Of a stretch of 64,000 bases of DNA, positions 21,210-31,200 are shown one piece after another. Origin of the DNA: a virus; IMG/VR virus record IMGVR_UViG_3300032287_001394. One strand, given 5' to 3'. A program made the position numbers and the translations under genes. The notes under the pieces were generated by a model that was not told where the DNA came from, did not search any database, and saw only the letters and a list, made by a program, of their open reading frames with translations. Within the stretch, counting starts at the first letter, position 1; each line of letters starts with the position of its first letter.

Positions 21210-22257
21210 GAAGTGCAACTTTAAATGCACATTCTGTTCTAGTACATATATCACTGAAGATAAAACTGCCGAGTTAGATCATCAGTATATCTTTGACTTC
21301 TTAAAGAGGTTCCCGGAAACTAAGACAATTATAGTCAATGGTGGCGATCCATTGATGATGGAACCTGAATACTATTGGAAGATTATAGAACATTTAGATG
21401 AAATAGGTTCTGATGCTACCATATCATTTACTACTAACTTATGGCCGTTCTATAAGAATCCTAATAGATGGAAAGAGCTCTTTAATCATTCAAGATTAGG
21501 TATAACTACATCATTCCAATATGGAGGAGGTAGGCTTAAAGGCGACTTGACAGAGTTTAGTGAAGAAGACTTTTGGAAGTGTTCAGATGCTATGTTAGAG
21601 CATTGTGGATATAGACCAGACTTTATTGCAGTTATTACTGAAGAGAATGAGCATGACGCTATAAAAAACGTCGAATTAGCTAAGAAGATGGGTGTAGAGT
21701 GTAAACTTAATTATGCATTCTCATCAGGACCGCCAGTCAAGTTTAAGAATATAATCATGGGTCAAGAAGGTAAGCCATACTTGTTAGCGGACATATATGA
21801 GATATATGTTGAGATATGGAAAAGAGGTTTGACTGAATGGGAATATAATACTAAACAAATGGTTAAACGTCTAAAGGGTGAAGGTACTACATGTCCACAG
21901 AATAGGGATTGTGATAGCGGCATTAGGACTTTACAACCATCTGGAGACTACTACTCTTGTGGTGCATTTGGAGATGATAGACAGTATCCAATAGACTTTA
22001 ACAAAGAAATGACTGGTGAAAAGATACATCCTATTAAGTTTCAATCTGAACTGCAGAGTTTAAAACAATCATGCTATATTTGTCCTATGTTTGAAATATG
22101 TAATGGATGTAAGAAGACTATAACAGACCTTAAGAATTATAACTTAGTTGAAGAGCATTGTTATAAGATGAAGCAACTTGCTCCTGATATAATCAAAGCC
22201 AATGGATTAAATTTAGAACCCACTCCGTATGAGAGGGAATATGATTATATCAATTAA
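21184..22257 (+). CDS. Radical SAM/SPASM enzyme 5
   Basis: IIKPTEKCNFKCTFC and NGGDPL; CPQNRDC...YSCG...CYICPMFEICNGC. ATG at 21184 preferred over the GTG at 21166. Confidence 0.9.
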   Translation: MDLIIKPTEKCNFKCTFCSSTYITEDKTAELDHQYIFDFLKRFPETKTIIVNGGDPLMMEPEYYWKIIEHLDEIGSDATISFTTNLWPFYKNPNRWKELFNHSRLGITTSFQYGGGRLKGDLTEFSEEDFWKCSDAMLEHCGYRPDFIAVITEENEHDAIKNVELAKKMGVECKLNYAFSSGPPVKFKNIIMGQEGKPYLLADIYEIYVEIWKRGLTEWEYNTKQMVKRLKGEGTTCPQNRDCDSGIRTLQPSGDYYSCGAFGDDRQYPIDFNKEMTGEKIHPIKFQSELQSLKQSCYICPMFEICNGCKKTITDLKNYNLVEEHCYKMKQLAPDIIKANGLNLEPTPYEREYDYIN

Positions 22258-23179
22258 TCCATGGTATTATTGTAACTTTAAGTGTGACTTCTGTTACTTA
22301 ACTAAAGAACAATTAGACGACAAGACTCTATTAGATTTAAGAGTATTAGAAAAAAGACTTGATGAAGTCATGTCTATTGATGAGATTGGTGGGATAGATT
22401 TATATGGCGGTGAAATAGGATTACTACCTGAAGATTATGTAGAAGAATTATGTGCTATAGTTAAATCGCGAGGCATTGATGATATAAACATAATCACTAA
22501 TCTAAGTATGGTCAATAGAGTTATAACCAACCCAGATTTATATGTATCTGTTAGCTATGACTTTGAATGTAGAGAACAACATGATCGTGTATGGGACAAT
22601 ATGTTTGCTCTTAATAATCCATTTTCTATATTAATCTTAGCCAGTAAAGATCTAATAAATAAAGATGTAGGTGAGATGATATCTCAGTTAAACCTATTAA
22701 GTAACTTAAGTTCTGTAGAGATTAAACCGTATAGCATAAATCAAGCAAATTGCCACTCGGTCAGCCATAAAGACTTTGAGTTATTTGTACAAAAATGGTT
22801 GGATAATGATATACAAATGAGGTTTGAGTTTGTCAATGAAAACAATATTCAAGCGACTTTGGATGGGTCTCGTAATGCATTCAGTAATGACCATGTGTAT
22901 ATTACTCCAACTGGACAATTTGCAGTCCTTGAGTTTGACCTAAATGATAAAGAATACTTTAAGACTTTGGACTCAATACAAGATTATAAAGATTGGGCAT
23001 TAAATGAACCTAATAAGAACGTAAGTGATATATGTAAGTCATGTGACTATTATGGTAGATGTTTAACAGAGCATTATCGATATGTTAAAGATTTGGATAA
23101 TGGATGTAATGGATATAAAGGACTAATTGATTGGTATAAACATGGAAGATTGGAAGATAAGACAAGAGCTCTATCATAG
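22241..23179 (+). CDS. Radical SAM enzyme 6 with shortened SPASM-like tail
   Basis: CNFKCDFC and LYGGEIG; CKSCDYYGRC...GC. ATG at 22241 follows a GAGGG RBS (ORF track starts at 22229). Confidence 0.88.
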   Translation: MIISINPWYYCNFKCDFCYLTKEQLDDKTLLDLRVLEKRLDEVMSIDEIGGIDLYGGEIGLLPEDYVEELCAIVKSRGIDDINIITNLSMVNRVITNPDLYVSVSYDFECREQHDRVWDNMFALNNPFSILILASKDLINKDVGEMISQLNLLSNLSSVEIKPYSINQANCHSVSHKDFELFVQKWLDNDIQMRFEFVNENNIQATLDGSRNAFSNDHVYITPTGQFAVLEFDLNDKEYFKTLDSIQDYKDWALNEPNKNVSDICKSCDYYGRCLTEHYRYVKDLDNGCNGYKGLIDWYKHGRLEDKTRALS

Positions 23180-23546
23180 ACTAAACACTGTCCATGATGA
23201 TGACTTAAATGATAAGAATATAGAGATCACTGACAATATAGTGGCGGATGCTGTTAGGTATTTTACCGAAAAAGACATAGGATGGATCTATCCATCTAAA
23301 AGTTATATGGTTGCTATATGTTATGCTAAATGGCTTTCTGAAGAGTTTGGCGGCAATCCTATAGACTATTTAAATGATATAGATTTACTATTTGGCAATG
23401 ACCCATATTTCATAATATATGATGAAGATGCTGTTACATATAACCAGATATTAGACCGTATAGGCGAATGGAAGTTTGATCAAACTAAAGGAATGGTTCC
23501 TGATGTTAAGAAGTATTTTATAGAGGAATTTATGATAGATGTTTAA
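23142..23546 (+). CDS. Hypothetical acidic protein ending the radical-SAM cluster
   Basis: ORF overlapping the rSAM6 end; ATG at 23142 (track start TTG 23127); no motif recognised. Confidence 0.65.
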   Translation: MEDWKIRQELYHRLNTVHDDDLNDKNIEITDNIVADAVRYFTEKDIGWIYPSKSYMVAICYAKWLSEEFGGNPIDYLNDIDLLFGNDPYFIIYDEDAVTYNQILDRIGEWKFDQTKGMVPDVKKYFIEEFMIDV

Positions 23547-23587
23547 GACTTTTACACCCCGGTCTATAGAACCTAACTCAATCCTAT

Positions 23588-23595
23588 TATAAATA
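23588..23595 (+). promoter_or_regulatory. T4-type late promoter TATAAATA
   Basis: Exact motif 6 nt before the ATG at 23602. Confidence 0.65.
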
Positions 23596-23601
23596 ATAGA
23601 T

Positions 23602-23742
23602 ATGGCAGCTATAACAAATTTCTACATAGACACTGGATCCACTTTTGGGGCAGTAATTACAGTCAAAGGATCTGACGGTCTACCGTTAAACTTGACTGGA
23701 TTCACAGTAACATCATATATGGACTTTAATTATTATAAATAG
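23602..23742 (+). pseudogene. Truncated 46-aa paralogue of the downstream 111-aa gene
   Basis: Translates MAAITNFYIDTGSTFGAVITVKGSDGLPLNLTGFTVTSYMDFNYYK*, versus MAAITNLYVDAGSTFSAIISCKGSDGVPLNLTGYTVAAQIRK... at 23746. Not in the ORF track. Confidence 0.8.
23734..23741 (+). promoter_or_regulatory. T4-type late promoter TATAAATA
   Basis: Exact motif immediately before the 23746 ATG. Confidence 0.65.
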
Positions 23743-23745
23743 TAA

Positions 23746-24081
23746 ATGGCTGCGATAACAAATTTATATGTAGACGCTGGATCAACTTTTAGCGCTATTA
23801 TTTCGTGTAAAGGATCAGATGGGGTTCCATTAAACCTTACAGGATATACAGTTGCAGCACAGATTAGAAAATCTTATGCGTCAACAACAGCTTATAGTTT
23901 GAATGCTACCATATATTCAACTACAGCAGGTAAAATAAGAATAGCACTTTCACACACCGAGTCATCAGCTATAAAAGCTGGAAGATATATGTATGATATT
24001 GAGATAACTTCTGGATCAGGAGAGAGAAAAAGGGTGTCTGAAGGTATAGTAATAGTAACACCAGAGATTACAAAGATTTAA
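23746..24081 (+). CDS. Conserved small virion protein of T4-like phages
   Basis: NLYVDAGSTF...LNLTGYTVAAQIRKSY...GRYMYDIEI...RVSEGIVIVTPEIT pattern, common before fibre genes. Confidence 0.7.
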   Translation: MAAITNLYVDAGSTFSAIISCKGSDGVPLNLTGYTVAAQIRKSYASTTAYSLNATIYSTTAGKIRIALSHTESSAIKAGRYMYDIEITSGSGERKRVSEGIVIVTPEITKI

Positions 24082-24082
24082 T

Positions 24083-24307
24083 ATGGCAGATGATATTTAC
24101 GTAACCGTCGAAACTGAACAATTAGCAGAAGTCACTGCAGTTGGCATTCAAGGCCTTTCTGCGACTTCAAATAATTTGGCAGACATCAATGATGTCGATT
24201 TATCTATATTAACCAACGGTTCTTTATTGATTTATGATACTACAAACCTTAAATGGAAATCATCAATATTTTTAGAACAGCAAGACATAACCGGGGGACA
24301 GTATTAA
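24083..24307 (+). CDS. Small fibre-associated protein
   Basis: LADINDVD...NGSLLIYD...W motif; ends ITGGQY. Confidence 0.6.
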   Translation: MADDIYVTVETEQLAEVTAVGIQGLSATSNNLADINDVDLSILTNGSLLIYDTTNLKWKSSIFLEQQDITGGQY

Positions 24308-26638
24308 ATGGCAGCAATAATTAGAATAAAAAGATCAGCGACAGCAGGAAACCCTACAGTACTGGCGGCCGGTGAGTTAGCGTACTCGGCACTTGGTAAT
24401 AACGACTCTAATGGTGGTGATCGTTTATACATTGGTATCGGTACAGAAACCGCAGGCGACGCGGCCAATCATATAGTTGTTGGTGGTAAGTACTTCACTG
24501 ATCTACTTGATCATACTCGTGGTACACTAACAGCTAGTTCTGCACTAATCACAGATTCTAGTAGCAAGTTAGATAACCTTAAAGTTGATAACCTCGACTT
24601 AAACGGTAACACAATCTCTTCTACCGACACCAACGGTAATATTACTCTTACACCAAATGGTACTGGTAAATTAGTTCTTAATAATGTTTACATTAACGGA
24701 ACTTCTGATACTCTTGCTGAGTATATCTACGATACAGTTGGTGGTGCAGTAACTGGTGGTACTGGCATTACTATTACTAATGATGATGGTGGTAATACTT
24801 CTACTGTTTCTATTACTAATACAACAGTAACTGGTGCAGGAACTCCTGTTGGTTCTTCTACAGCTATTCCAGTTATTACGTACAATGCACAAGGTCAATT
24901 AACTGCTGTATCAACTGCATCTATCAGTACTACTCTTGGTATTGCAGGCGACACTGGCACAGACTCTATTGCTCTTGCAACTGATACTCTAACATTTGCT
25001 GGTGGCGAAGGTATTGATACTGCTGTCAATTCTTCTACAAATACTGTAACCATTTCTGCAGAAGATGCTTCTACATCTAATAAGGGTGTTGCTTCTTTTG
25101 CTGATGCAGACTTTAATGTAGCATCTGGAGCGGTTGAATTAAAAGACACAGTTGTTAAAACTGTTACTACAGACTCTGGCGCTTTAACTCCTGCTACTCA
25201 TGGATTCTCTATCCTTGGTGGAGAAGGTATTGATGTAACTCACGCTAGCTCAACTATTACTGTTGCTGGTGAAGATGCTTCTACAACTAATAAAGGTGTT
25301 GCTTCTTTCGCTGATGCGAACTTTACAGTTACTTCTGGTGCTGTCTCTACAAAGAATATTACTCTTGGTTCTTCAACTTTAACTAATGGTTCTACCACAA
25401 CTGCTATTGCTGGTATTACTGAATTTACTGTTGACAATTTAAACTTTAATGGTAATACAATTACCTCAACAGATACTAATGGCGATATTATTTTATCTCC
25501 AAATGGTACTGGTAAAGTTGATGTTTCTGGTTCTATTATCACTGGATTAAATGAACCTGTAAATCCTACTGACGCCGCAACAAAGAACTATGTTGATACT
25601 GTTGCTGAAGGATTACATGTTCACGAAGCTGCACACGCTGCAACTACAAATACTCTTGCAGTATTATCTGGTGGCACAGTAACATATAATAATGGTACGT
25701 TAGGCGTTGGCGCAACACTTACTCTTTCTGCCGGTTTATCTGCGATCGATGGACACACACTAACTAATGGTGATCGCATCCTTGTTAAAAATCAAGCAAA
25801 CCAAGCACATAACGGTATGTATGTTCGTACCAGTGCGACTGTTCTCACTCGTGCTTCTGACTTCGACACTGCTGCAGAAATCGGTGGTGGTGACTTTACT
25901 TTTGTTGAAAATGGTACTTTATATGGAAACACTGGTTGGGTTCAGACAGTTGAAGTATTAACTGTTGGTACAGATAATGTTATCTGGCAACAGTTCTCTG
26001 GTACTGGTACATTTACAGCTGGTAATGGTTTAACGATCACTGGCACAGAGTTTAATGTTGTAGGTACTGCTGATAGAATTACAGTAAACCCAGATAGTAT
26101 TGACATCGCATCAACATATGTTGGTCAATCAACTATCACTACTCTTGGCACAATCGGTACTGGTGCTTGGCAAGGCAGTGTTATTGCTGGTGAATATGGT
26201 GGCACTGGTGTAGCGAATACTGGCAAGACTATCACTATTGGTGGTAACTTTACACATAGTGGCGCTCATACCTTAACACTAACCACTACTGCAAACACTG
26301 GCGTAACACTTCCAACTACTGGAACTTTAGCTACTTTAGCAGGTTCTGAGACATTCACCAATAAGACTATTACTGGTGCGACTATCACTACTGGTAGTAT
26401 TAACAATACTCCAATTGGTGCTTCAACTGCTAATAGTGGTGCATTTACAACTCTTGCAGCTTCTGGAGCCGTAACATTTACTTCTACTACTGATGCTTCT
26501 AATTTAACCACTGCAGCTGTTATTCTTTCTGGTGGTTTATCAGTTACCAAAGCAATGTATGTTGGTACTAATATTACTGGGTCAGGTGCAGCAACTTCTA
26601 CTCTCGATGGATTTAACATCGATGGTGGTACTTATTAA
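24308..26638 (+). CDS. Long fibre protein
   Basis: IRIKRS...P..LAAGELAY N-terminus; internal duplications (NLxxNGNTIxSTDTNGxIxLxPNGTGK x2; EDASTxNKGVASFADA x2); DAATKNYVD; GDRILVKNQ...NGMY; ends IDGGTY. Confidence 0.75.
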   Translation: MAAIIRIKRSATAGNPTVLAAGELAYSALGNNDSNGGDRLYIGIGTETAGDAANHIVVGGKYFTDLLDHTRGTLTASSALITDSSSKLDNLKVDNLDLNGNTISSTDTNGNITLTPNGTGKLVLNNVYINGTSDTLAEYIYDTVGGAVTGGTGITITNDDGGNTSTVSITNTTVTGAGTPVGSSTAIPVITYNAQGQLTAVSTASISTTLGIAGDTGTDSIALATDTLTFAGGEGIDTAVNSSTNTVTISAEDASTSNKGVASFADADFNVASGAVELKDTVVKTVTTDSGALTPATHGFSILGGEGIDVTHASSTITVAGEDASTTNKGVASFADANFTVTSGAVSTKNITLGSSTLTNGSTTTAIAGITEFTVDNLNFNGNTITSTDTNGDIILSPNGTGKVDVSGSIITGLNEPVNPTDAATKNYVDTVAEGLHVHEAAHAATTNTLAVLSGGTVTYNNGTLGVGATLTLSAGLSAIDGHTLTNGDRILVKNQANQAHNGMYVRTSATVLTRASDFDTAAEIGGGDFTFVENGTLYGNTGWVQTVEVLTVGTDNVIWQQFSGTGTFTAGNGLTITGTEFNVVGTADRITVNPDSIDIASTYVGQSTITTLGTIGTGAWQGSVIAGEYGGTGVANTGKTITIGGNFTHSGAHTLTLTTTANTGVTLPTTGTLATLAGSETFTNKTITGATITTGSINNTPIGASTANSGAFTTLAASGAVTFTSTTDASNLTTAAVILSGGLSVTKAMYVGTNITGSGAATSTLDGFNIDGGTY

Positions 26639-26654
26639 TTTGAACTAAATATCT

Positions 26655-26695
26655 GGTGGGTGAAATTCCCACCCCAGTATATACTGGTTTGTTTT
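26655..26695 (+). terminator. Intergenic hairpin(s): GGTGGG/CCCACC stem plus 14-bp palindrome CCAGTATATACTGG followed by T-tract
   Basis: Inverted repeats read directly from the sequence; TTTGTTTT follows. Confidence 0.5.
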
Positions 26696-26718
26696 AATTC
26701 TACATAGAATAGGTTATA

Positions 26719-28113
26719 ATGGCTAATAAAGTCGTTCTCAAACGAAGTGCCGTACCAGGCAGAAATCCGGGTGCAAGCGATCTTGCGCTTGGAGAGTTGG
26801 CACTCAACACATACGATGGTAACCTATTCTTTAAAAAAGACAGTGGAACTGCTTCCATTGTTGCAGTTACTACATTAGATGGCACACAAACCCTTACAAA
26901 TAAGACTTTAACAAGTCCAGCAATAAGTAATCTTACAGTTACTGGCACAATAACTGCTGGTGGTGGTGTTGGAACAAATGGACAAGTTCTTGCTTCTACT
27001 GGAACAGGTGTTCAGTGGATATCTGTTGGCTTAGGATCTGGTGCTACAGGTGCCACAGGTGCTGCAGGTGTAAATGGTGCTACAGGTGCTAACGGTGATG
27101 CAGGTATAAATGGTGCCACTGGTGCTGCAGGTATAAATGGTGCCACTGGTGCTGCAGGTATAAATGGTGCCACTGGTCCTCAGGGTGCATCTGGTGTAGG
27201 TGCTACTGGTCCTCAGGGTCCTGCTGGTGCATCTGGTGTAGGAGGTAGTGGAGATGGTGCTACCGGTGCTACCGGTCCTACCGGAGCAAGCGGCGTTGCG
27301 GGTGCATCAGGTTATATAGGTTCTGACGGCGCTACTGGTCCTAGTGGAGCTGCTGGTGCGACAGGTATTCAAGGTCCTGCTGGTGCATCTGGTGTAGGAG
27401 GTAGTGGAGACGGTGCTACTGGTCCTCAAGGTCCTGCTGGTGCATCAGGTTCACAGGGTGCATCTGGTGTAAGTGGAGGATTAAGCCCATGGGCGATCAT
27501 ATCATCTAATACAACAGCTGCAGCTGGAAACCAATATTTAGTTGACACCTCTGATGGCGGGTTTATCATAACACTGCCAGCTTCTCCATCTGTTGGAGAT
27601 CAAATCACTATTGCTGACAATGCAGATTTTAGTGTTAATAACTTAACGATAAGTGGTAATGGTCAAACGATCGGTGGTGGTTCTACAACATTAATAGTTA
27701 ATGAAGCTGAAGTAATACTTAATTTAGTATACAATTCAGTTACATGGAAATTATGGAAAAATAACTTCATAGTAGCAGCTTGGGATTATGAAGGTGATTT
27801 ACAAACATTAACCGGATCAGAAGATCTAGATACTGGAACTGGAACGGTAGATTTAAATCTTGATATTGGATCAGAAGATCTAGATACTGGAACTGGAACG
27901 GTAGATCTAAATACTGGAACTGGTACAGAAGATTTGAATCAACTCACAGGATTAGAGGGAGATTTATTTTCATTGACTGGAGCAGAAGATTTGAATCTTG
28001 GCACAGGAATATTGGATCTAAATGAATTCCCAGGGTTAGTAGGAGATTTATTATCATTGGCTGGAACAGAAGATTTGAATTCTGGAAGCGGCTCAAGTGA
28101 CTTATCAAATTAA
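26719..28113 (+). CDS. Collagen-like fibre protein with acidic nonapeptide-repeat C-terminus
   Basis: VLKRSAVPG...GELALNTYDG N-terminus; (Gly-X-Y)n rich in GAT/GAS; YLVDTS.G...ITLPASP..GD domain; EDLxxGTGT repeats. Confidence 0.75.
   Translation: MANKVVLKRSAVPGRNPGASDLALGELALNTYDGNLFFKKDSGTASIVAVTTLDGTQTLTNKTLTSPAISNLTVTGTITAGGGVGTNGQVLASTGTGVQWISVGLGSGATGATGAAGVNGATGANGDAGINGATGAAGINGATGAAGINGATGPQGASGVGATGPQGPAGASGVGGSGDGATGATGPTGASGVAGASGYIGSDGATGPSGAAGATGIQGPAGASGVGGSGDGATGPQGPAGASGSQGASGVSGGLSPWAIISSNTTAAAGNQYLVDTSDGGFIITLPASPSVGDQITIADNADFSVNNLTISGNGQTIGGGSTTLIVNEAEVILNLVYNSVTWKLWKNNFIVAAWDYEGDLQTLTGSEDLDTGTGTVDLNLDIGSEDLDTGTGTVDLNTGTGTEDLNQLTGLEGDLFSLTGAEDLNLGTGILDLNEFPGLVGDLLSLAGTEDLNSGSGSSDLSN
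27100..27177 (+). repeat. 27-bp tandem repeat x3 (GINGATGAA)
   Basis: GCAGGTATAAATGGTGCCACTGGT repeated three times at 27-nt spacing. Confidence 0.85.
27814..27906 (+). repeat. 39-bp direct repeat within the nonapeptide array
   Basis: GGATCAGAAGATCTAGATACTGGAACTGGAACGGTAGAT at 27814 and 27868. Confidence 0.85.
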
Positions 28114-28154
28114 AAAAAATTAATTTACAGTATGAATATCGAGCATTAATTTTG

Positions 28155-28162
28155 TATAAATA
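28155..28162 (+). promoter_or_regulatory. T4-type late promoter TATAAATA
   Basis: Exact motif in the intergenic region before the 28205 gene. Confidence 0.75.
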
Positions 28163-28204
28163 ATAATAAACAGTACTGTGTATATTTAACAGAGGAAAAT
28201 AAAA

Positions 28205-31200
28205 ATGCCAAAAACGCTACAACACAGAAGAGACACCACAGCAAATCTAGCATCGGTTACAGGTGCAGCTGGTGAGATTTTTTACGATACAACTAAAGAT
28301 ACTCTTGTTGTCATGGATGGAACGACTGCCGGTGGATTCCCACTAGAAAAAGAAGGTGCTGGTACAGGTGCAACAGGTATTCGTGGAGCTTCTGGTGTGC
28401 AAGGTGCTTCTGGTGTGCAAGGTGCTTCTGGTTCAACAGGATTAACAGGATCCACTGGTGCACAAGGTCCTCAAGGTAACTTTGGTGGTGCAACGTTTGA
28501 TTACACATTTGATTCATCTACTACAGCATCAGATCCTGGTACTGGTAAGATACGCTTTAATGCGGCAGTGTCATCTGCAACAGCTATGTATATCGATGCT
28601 GCTAATGATGCAGCTACAAACATATCCTCATTCTTAAGTACTATTGACGACTCAACTTCAACTATCAAAGGTCATTTTAGAATATCTAAGAAGACTGATG
28701 AATCGGCATTTGCATTATACACAATAACATCATTAACAGACAATACAGGTTGGTTCACTGTTAATTGTTCATACGTTTCAGGTAACTCAACCTTTTCAAA
28801 CTCAGATGACATCATCGTCACATTCCAACGTACTGGTGACAAAGGTGATACAGGTTTAACAGGTGCAACAGGTTCTGCTGGCACAAATGGTGCTACAGGT
28901 TCTGCTGGCACAAATGGTGCTACAGGTTCTGCTGGAGCTAACGGTGCTACTGGTGTAACTGGTGCTTCTGGTGTTGGTGCAACTGGCGTTGCTGGTGCAT
29001 CTGGTGCAGACTCAACGGTTGCTGGTGCAACTGGTCCTGCAGGTGCTAACGGTGCGACTGGCGCTGCCGGTGCTTCAGGTGCTGGTGCAGCTGCAATATT
29101 TAATCAATGTGGCACACGTAATATAATTTCATGTTTGAGTCGCAGTACTACTGGTAACGACAACTTCTTCTCTGGTCGTTGTGCTGGTGGGGCAAGTGCC
29201 ACTGGCAATTACAACAATCTAATGGGCACTTACGCTGGTACTAATTTAACCAGCGGCGCGGGAAATAACTTCTTTGGTCGAAGAGCTGGTCAATCCGATA
29301 CCACCGGCGGTTGCAATAACTTCCTTGGAGTAAGTGCTGGATTTTCCAGTACCACCGGCTCTGAAAACAACTTCTTTGGTCGATTATCTGGTTACTATAA
29401 CAGTAGTGGTAGTTATAACAACTTCTTTGGCCTATATGCAGGACACTGTAACACTGCTGGATGCCATAACAACTACTTTGGTAAAATGGCTGGACGTTGC
29501 TCTAGAAACTCTAGTCATAATGTCTTCATTGGTATGTGTGCAGGTTACTACAATACCAGTGCTTGCAATAACATCTTTATGGGTTATTATGCTGGTAAGG
29601 GTACTACTGCTATCACAGGTAGCAACAATATCGCTCTAGGCTGCTACGCTGGGTGTGCTTTATCTACTGGATTCAGTAACGTTATATTTGGTTATGCAGC
29701 TGCTATGGGGTTAACCTCTGGCTCCAATAACTTCATTTCAGGTAATTCAGCAGCTCAATTAATGACCACTGGTTGTTATAACACTATAATCGGTAATAAT
29801 GCTGGACGCAACACAACTACTGCTAGCCATAACATCTTCATTGGTATGTGTGCGGGTAATAAAACTACCTCAGCAGTAAATAACATCTTCTTAGGTCGAG
29901 TGGCTGGTTTCTGTAATACCACTGGTGCTTGTAACTTCTTTGCTGGACACTATGCTGCTTATAAAAATACCACTGGTAGTAATAACGTCTACATTGGTTA
30001 CTTAACTGGTGGATGTAATACTTCTGGTAACTATAATACTGGGCTTACATCTAATGCTCTTTTCTCTAACACCACTGGTAACTATAATACAGCCATTGGT
30101 CAAAAAGCTGGTTACTGTAATACCACTGGTAGTAACAACGCCTTCTTTGGAATGTGTGCTGGTTACGCTAATACTACTGGCACTAATAACATATTTATAG
30201 GTTGCACTGCTGGTCTATGCAATACCATTGGCACTCAAAACATTTTCTTAGGTGATGATGTTGGTTTCCGCAATACCACTGGCAACAACAATATCTTCAT
30301 TGGTCAATGTGCTGGTTGTTGTAACGTAACAGGTAGCAGTAACTTAATCATCGGAGCATACACAGCTGGTGGTAATATAAACAACACTATCTTCTTGAAA
30401 GCAGGCACTAACAACCTACAAGTATGTGGCAGTGGCTGCTTGTTAGTCAACGGTTCTGCCGTAGGTGGTGGTGGCAGTTCAGTATTCGTACAATGTGGCA
30501 CAGCTAACATCACCAGTTGCCTAAGTGGCACCGGTGCATCTGGCACAGATAACATCTTGATTGGATGTTCTGCTGGTTTCTGCAATACCACTGGTAGTTG
30601 CAACTTCTTCGCTGGTTTCTGTGCTGGCTTCAAGAATACCACTGGCAGAAATAATACCTTTATTGGCTCTCAAACTGGGTGCAGTAATACTGTTGGTAGG
30701 GATAATTTCTTCGTTGGCTCAAATGCTGGTAGATCAAATACTTCTGGTGGATACAACAATTTCTTTGGTGTAGAAAGTGGAAATTGTAATACCTCTGGCA
30801 GCCATAACAATTTCTTTGGTCGTGGATCTGGACGATGCAATACTAGTGGCGGCTGTAACTTCTTCTCTGGTTACTATGCTGGCTTCAATAATACCACTGG
30901 CGACAACAACATCTTCCTTGGTTGTTATGCTGGTAAATCCAATACTGGTGGTTATGCTAATATAGCAATTGGCGGGTGCAGTGGGTGCGGATTAACCACT
31001 GGTTGCTTTAACACCGTAATTGGATGTAAGGCAGGTCAACGTCTACAGACTGGCAGTCATAACTTTTTAAGTGGATTTGCTGTCGGTGTATACGGACAAA
31101 CTCAATCTCATACTATTGCTATAGGTTTTTGCTCCGGCGCATATACTGGCCAGTCAGGAACTCCACAGGATAATATATTCCTTGGAAGATGTAGTGGTTA

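Noticed and set aside
14558-23179. rSAMs as QueE/NrdG/MoaA or a DNA-hypermodification pathway
   Set aside because: No queC/queD/folE/dpdA, nrdD or moa genes nearby; the SPASM-type tails and location among virion genes fit protein modification better. Not formally excluded.
27100-27910. Short direct repeats as a CRISPR array
   Set aside because: Repeats are in-frame coding units without unique spacers; no cas genes.
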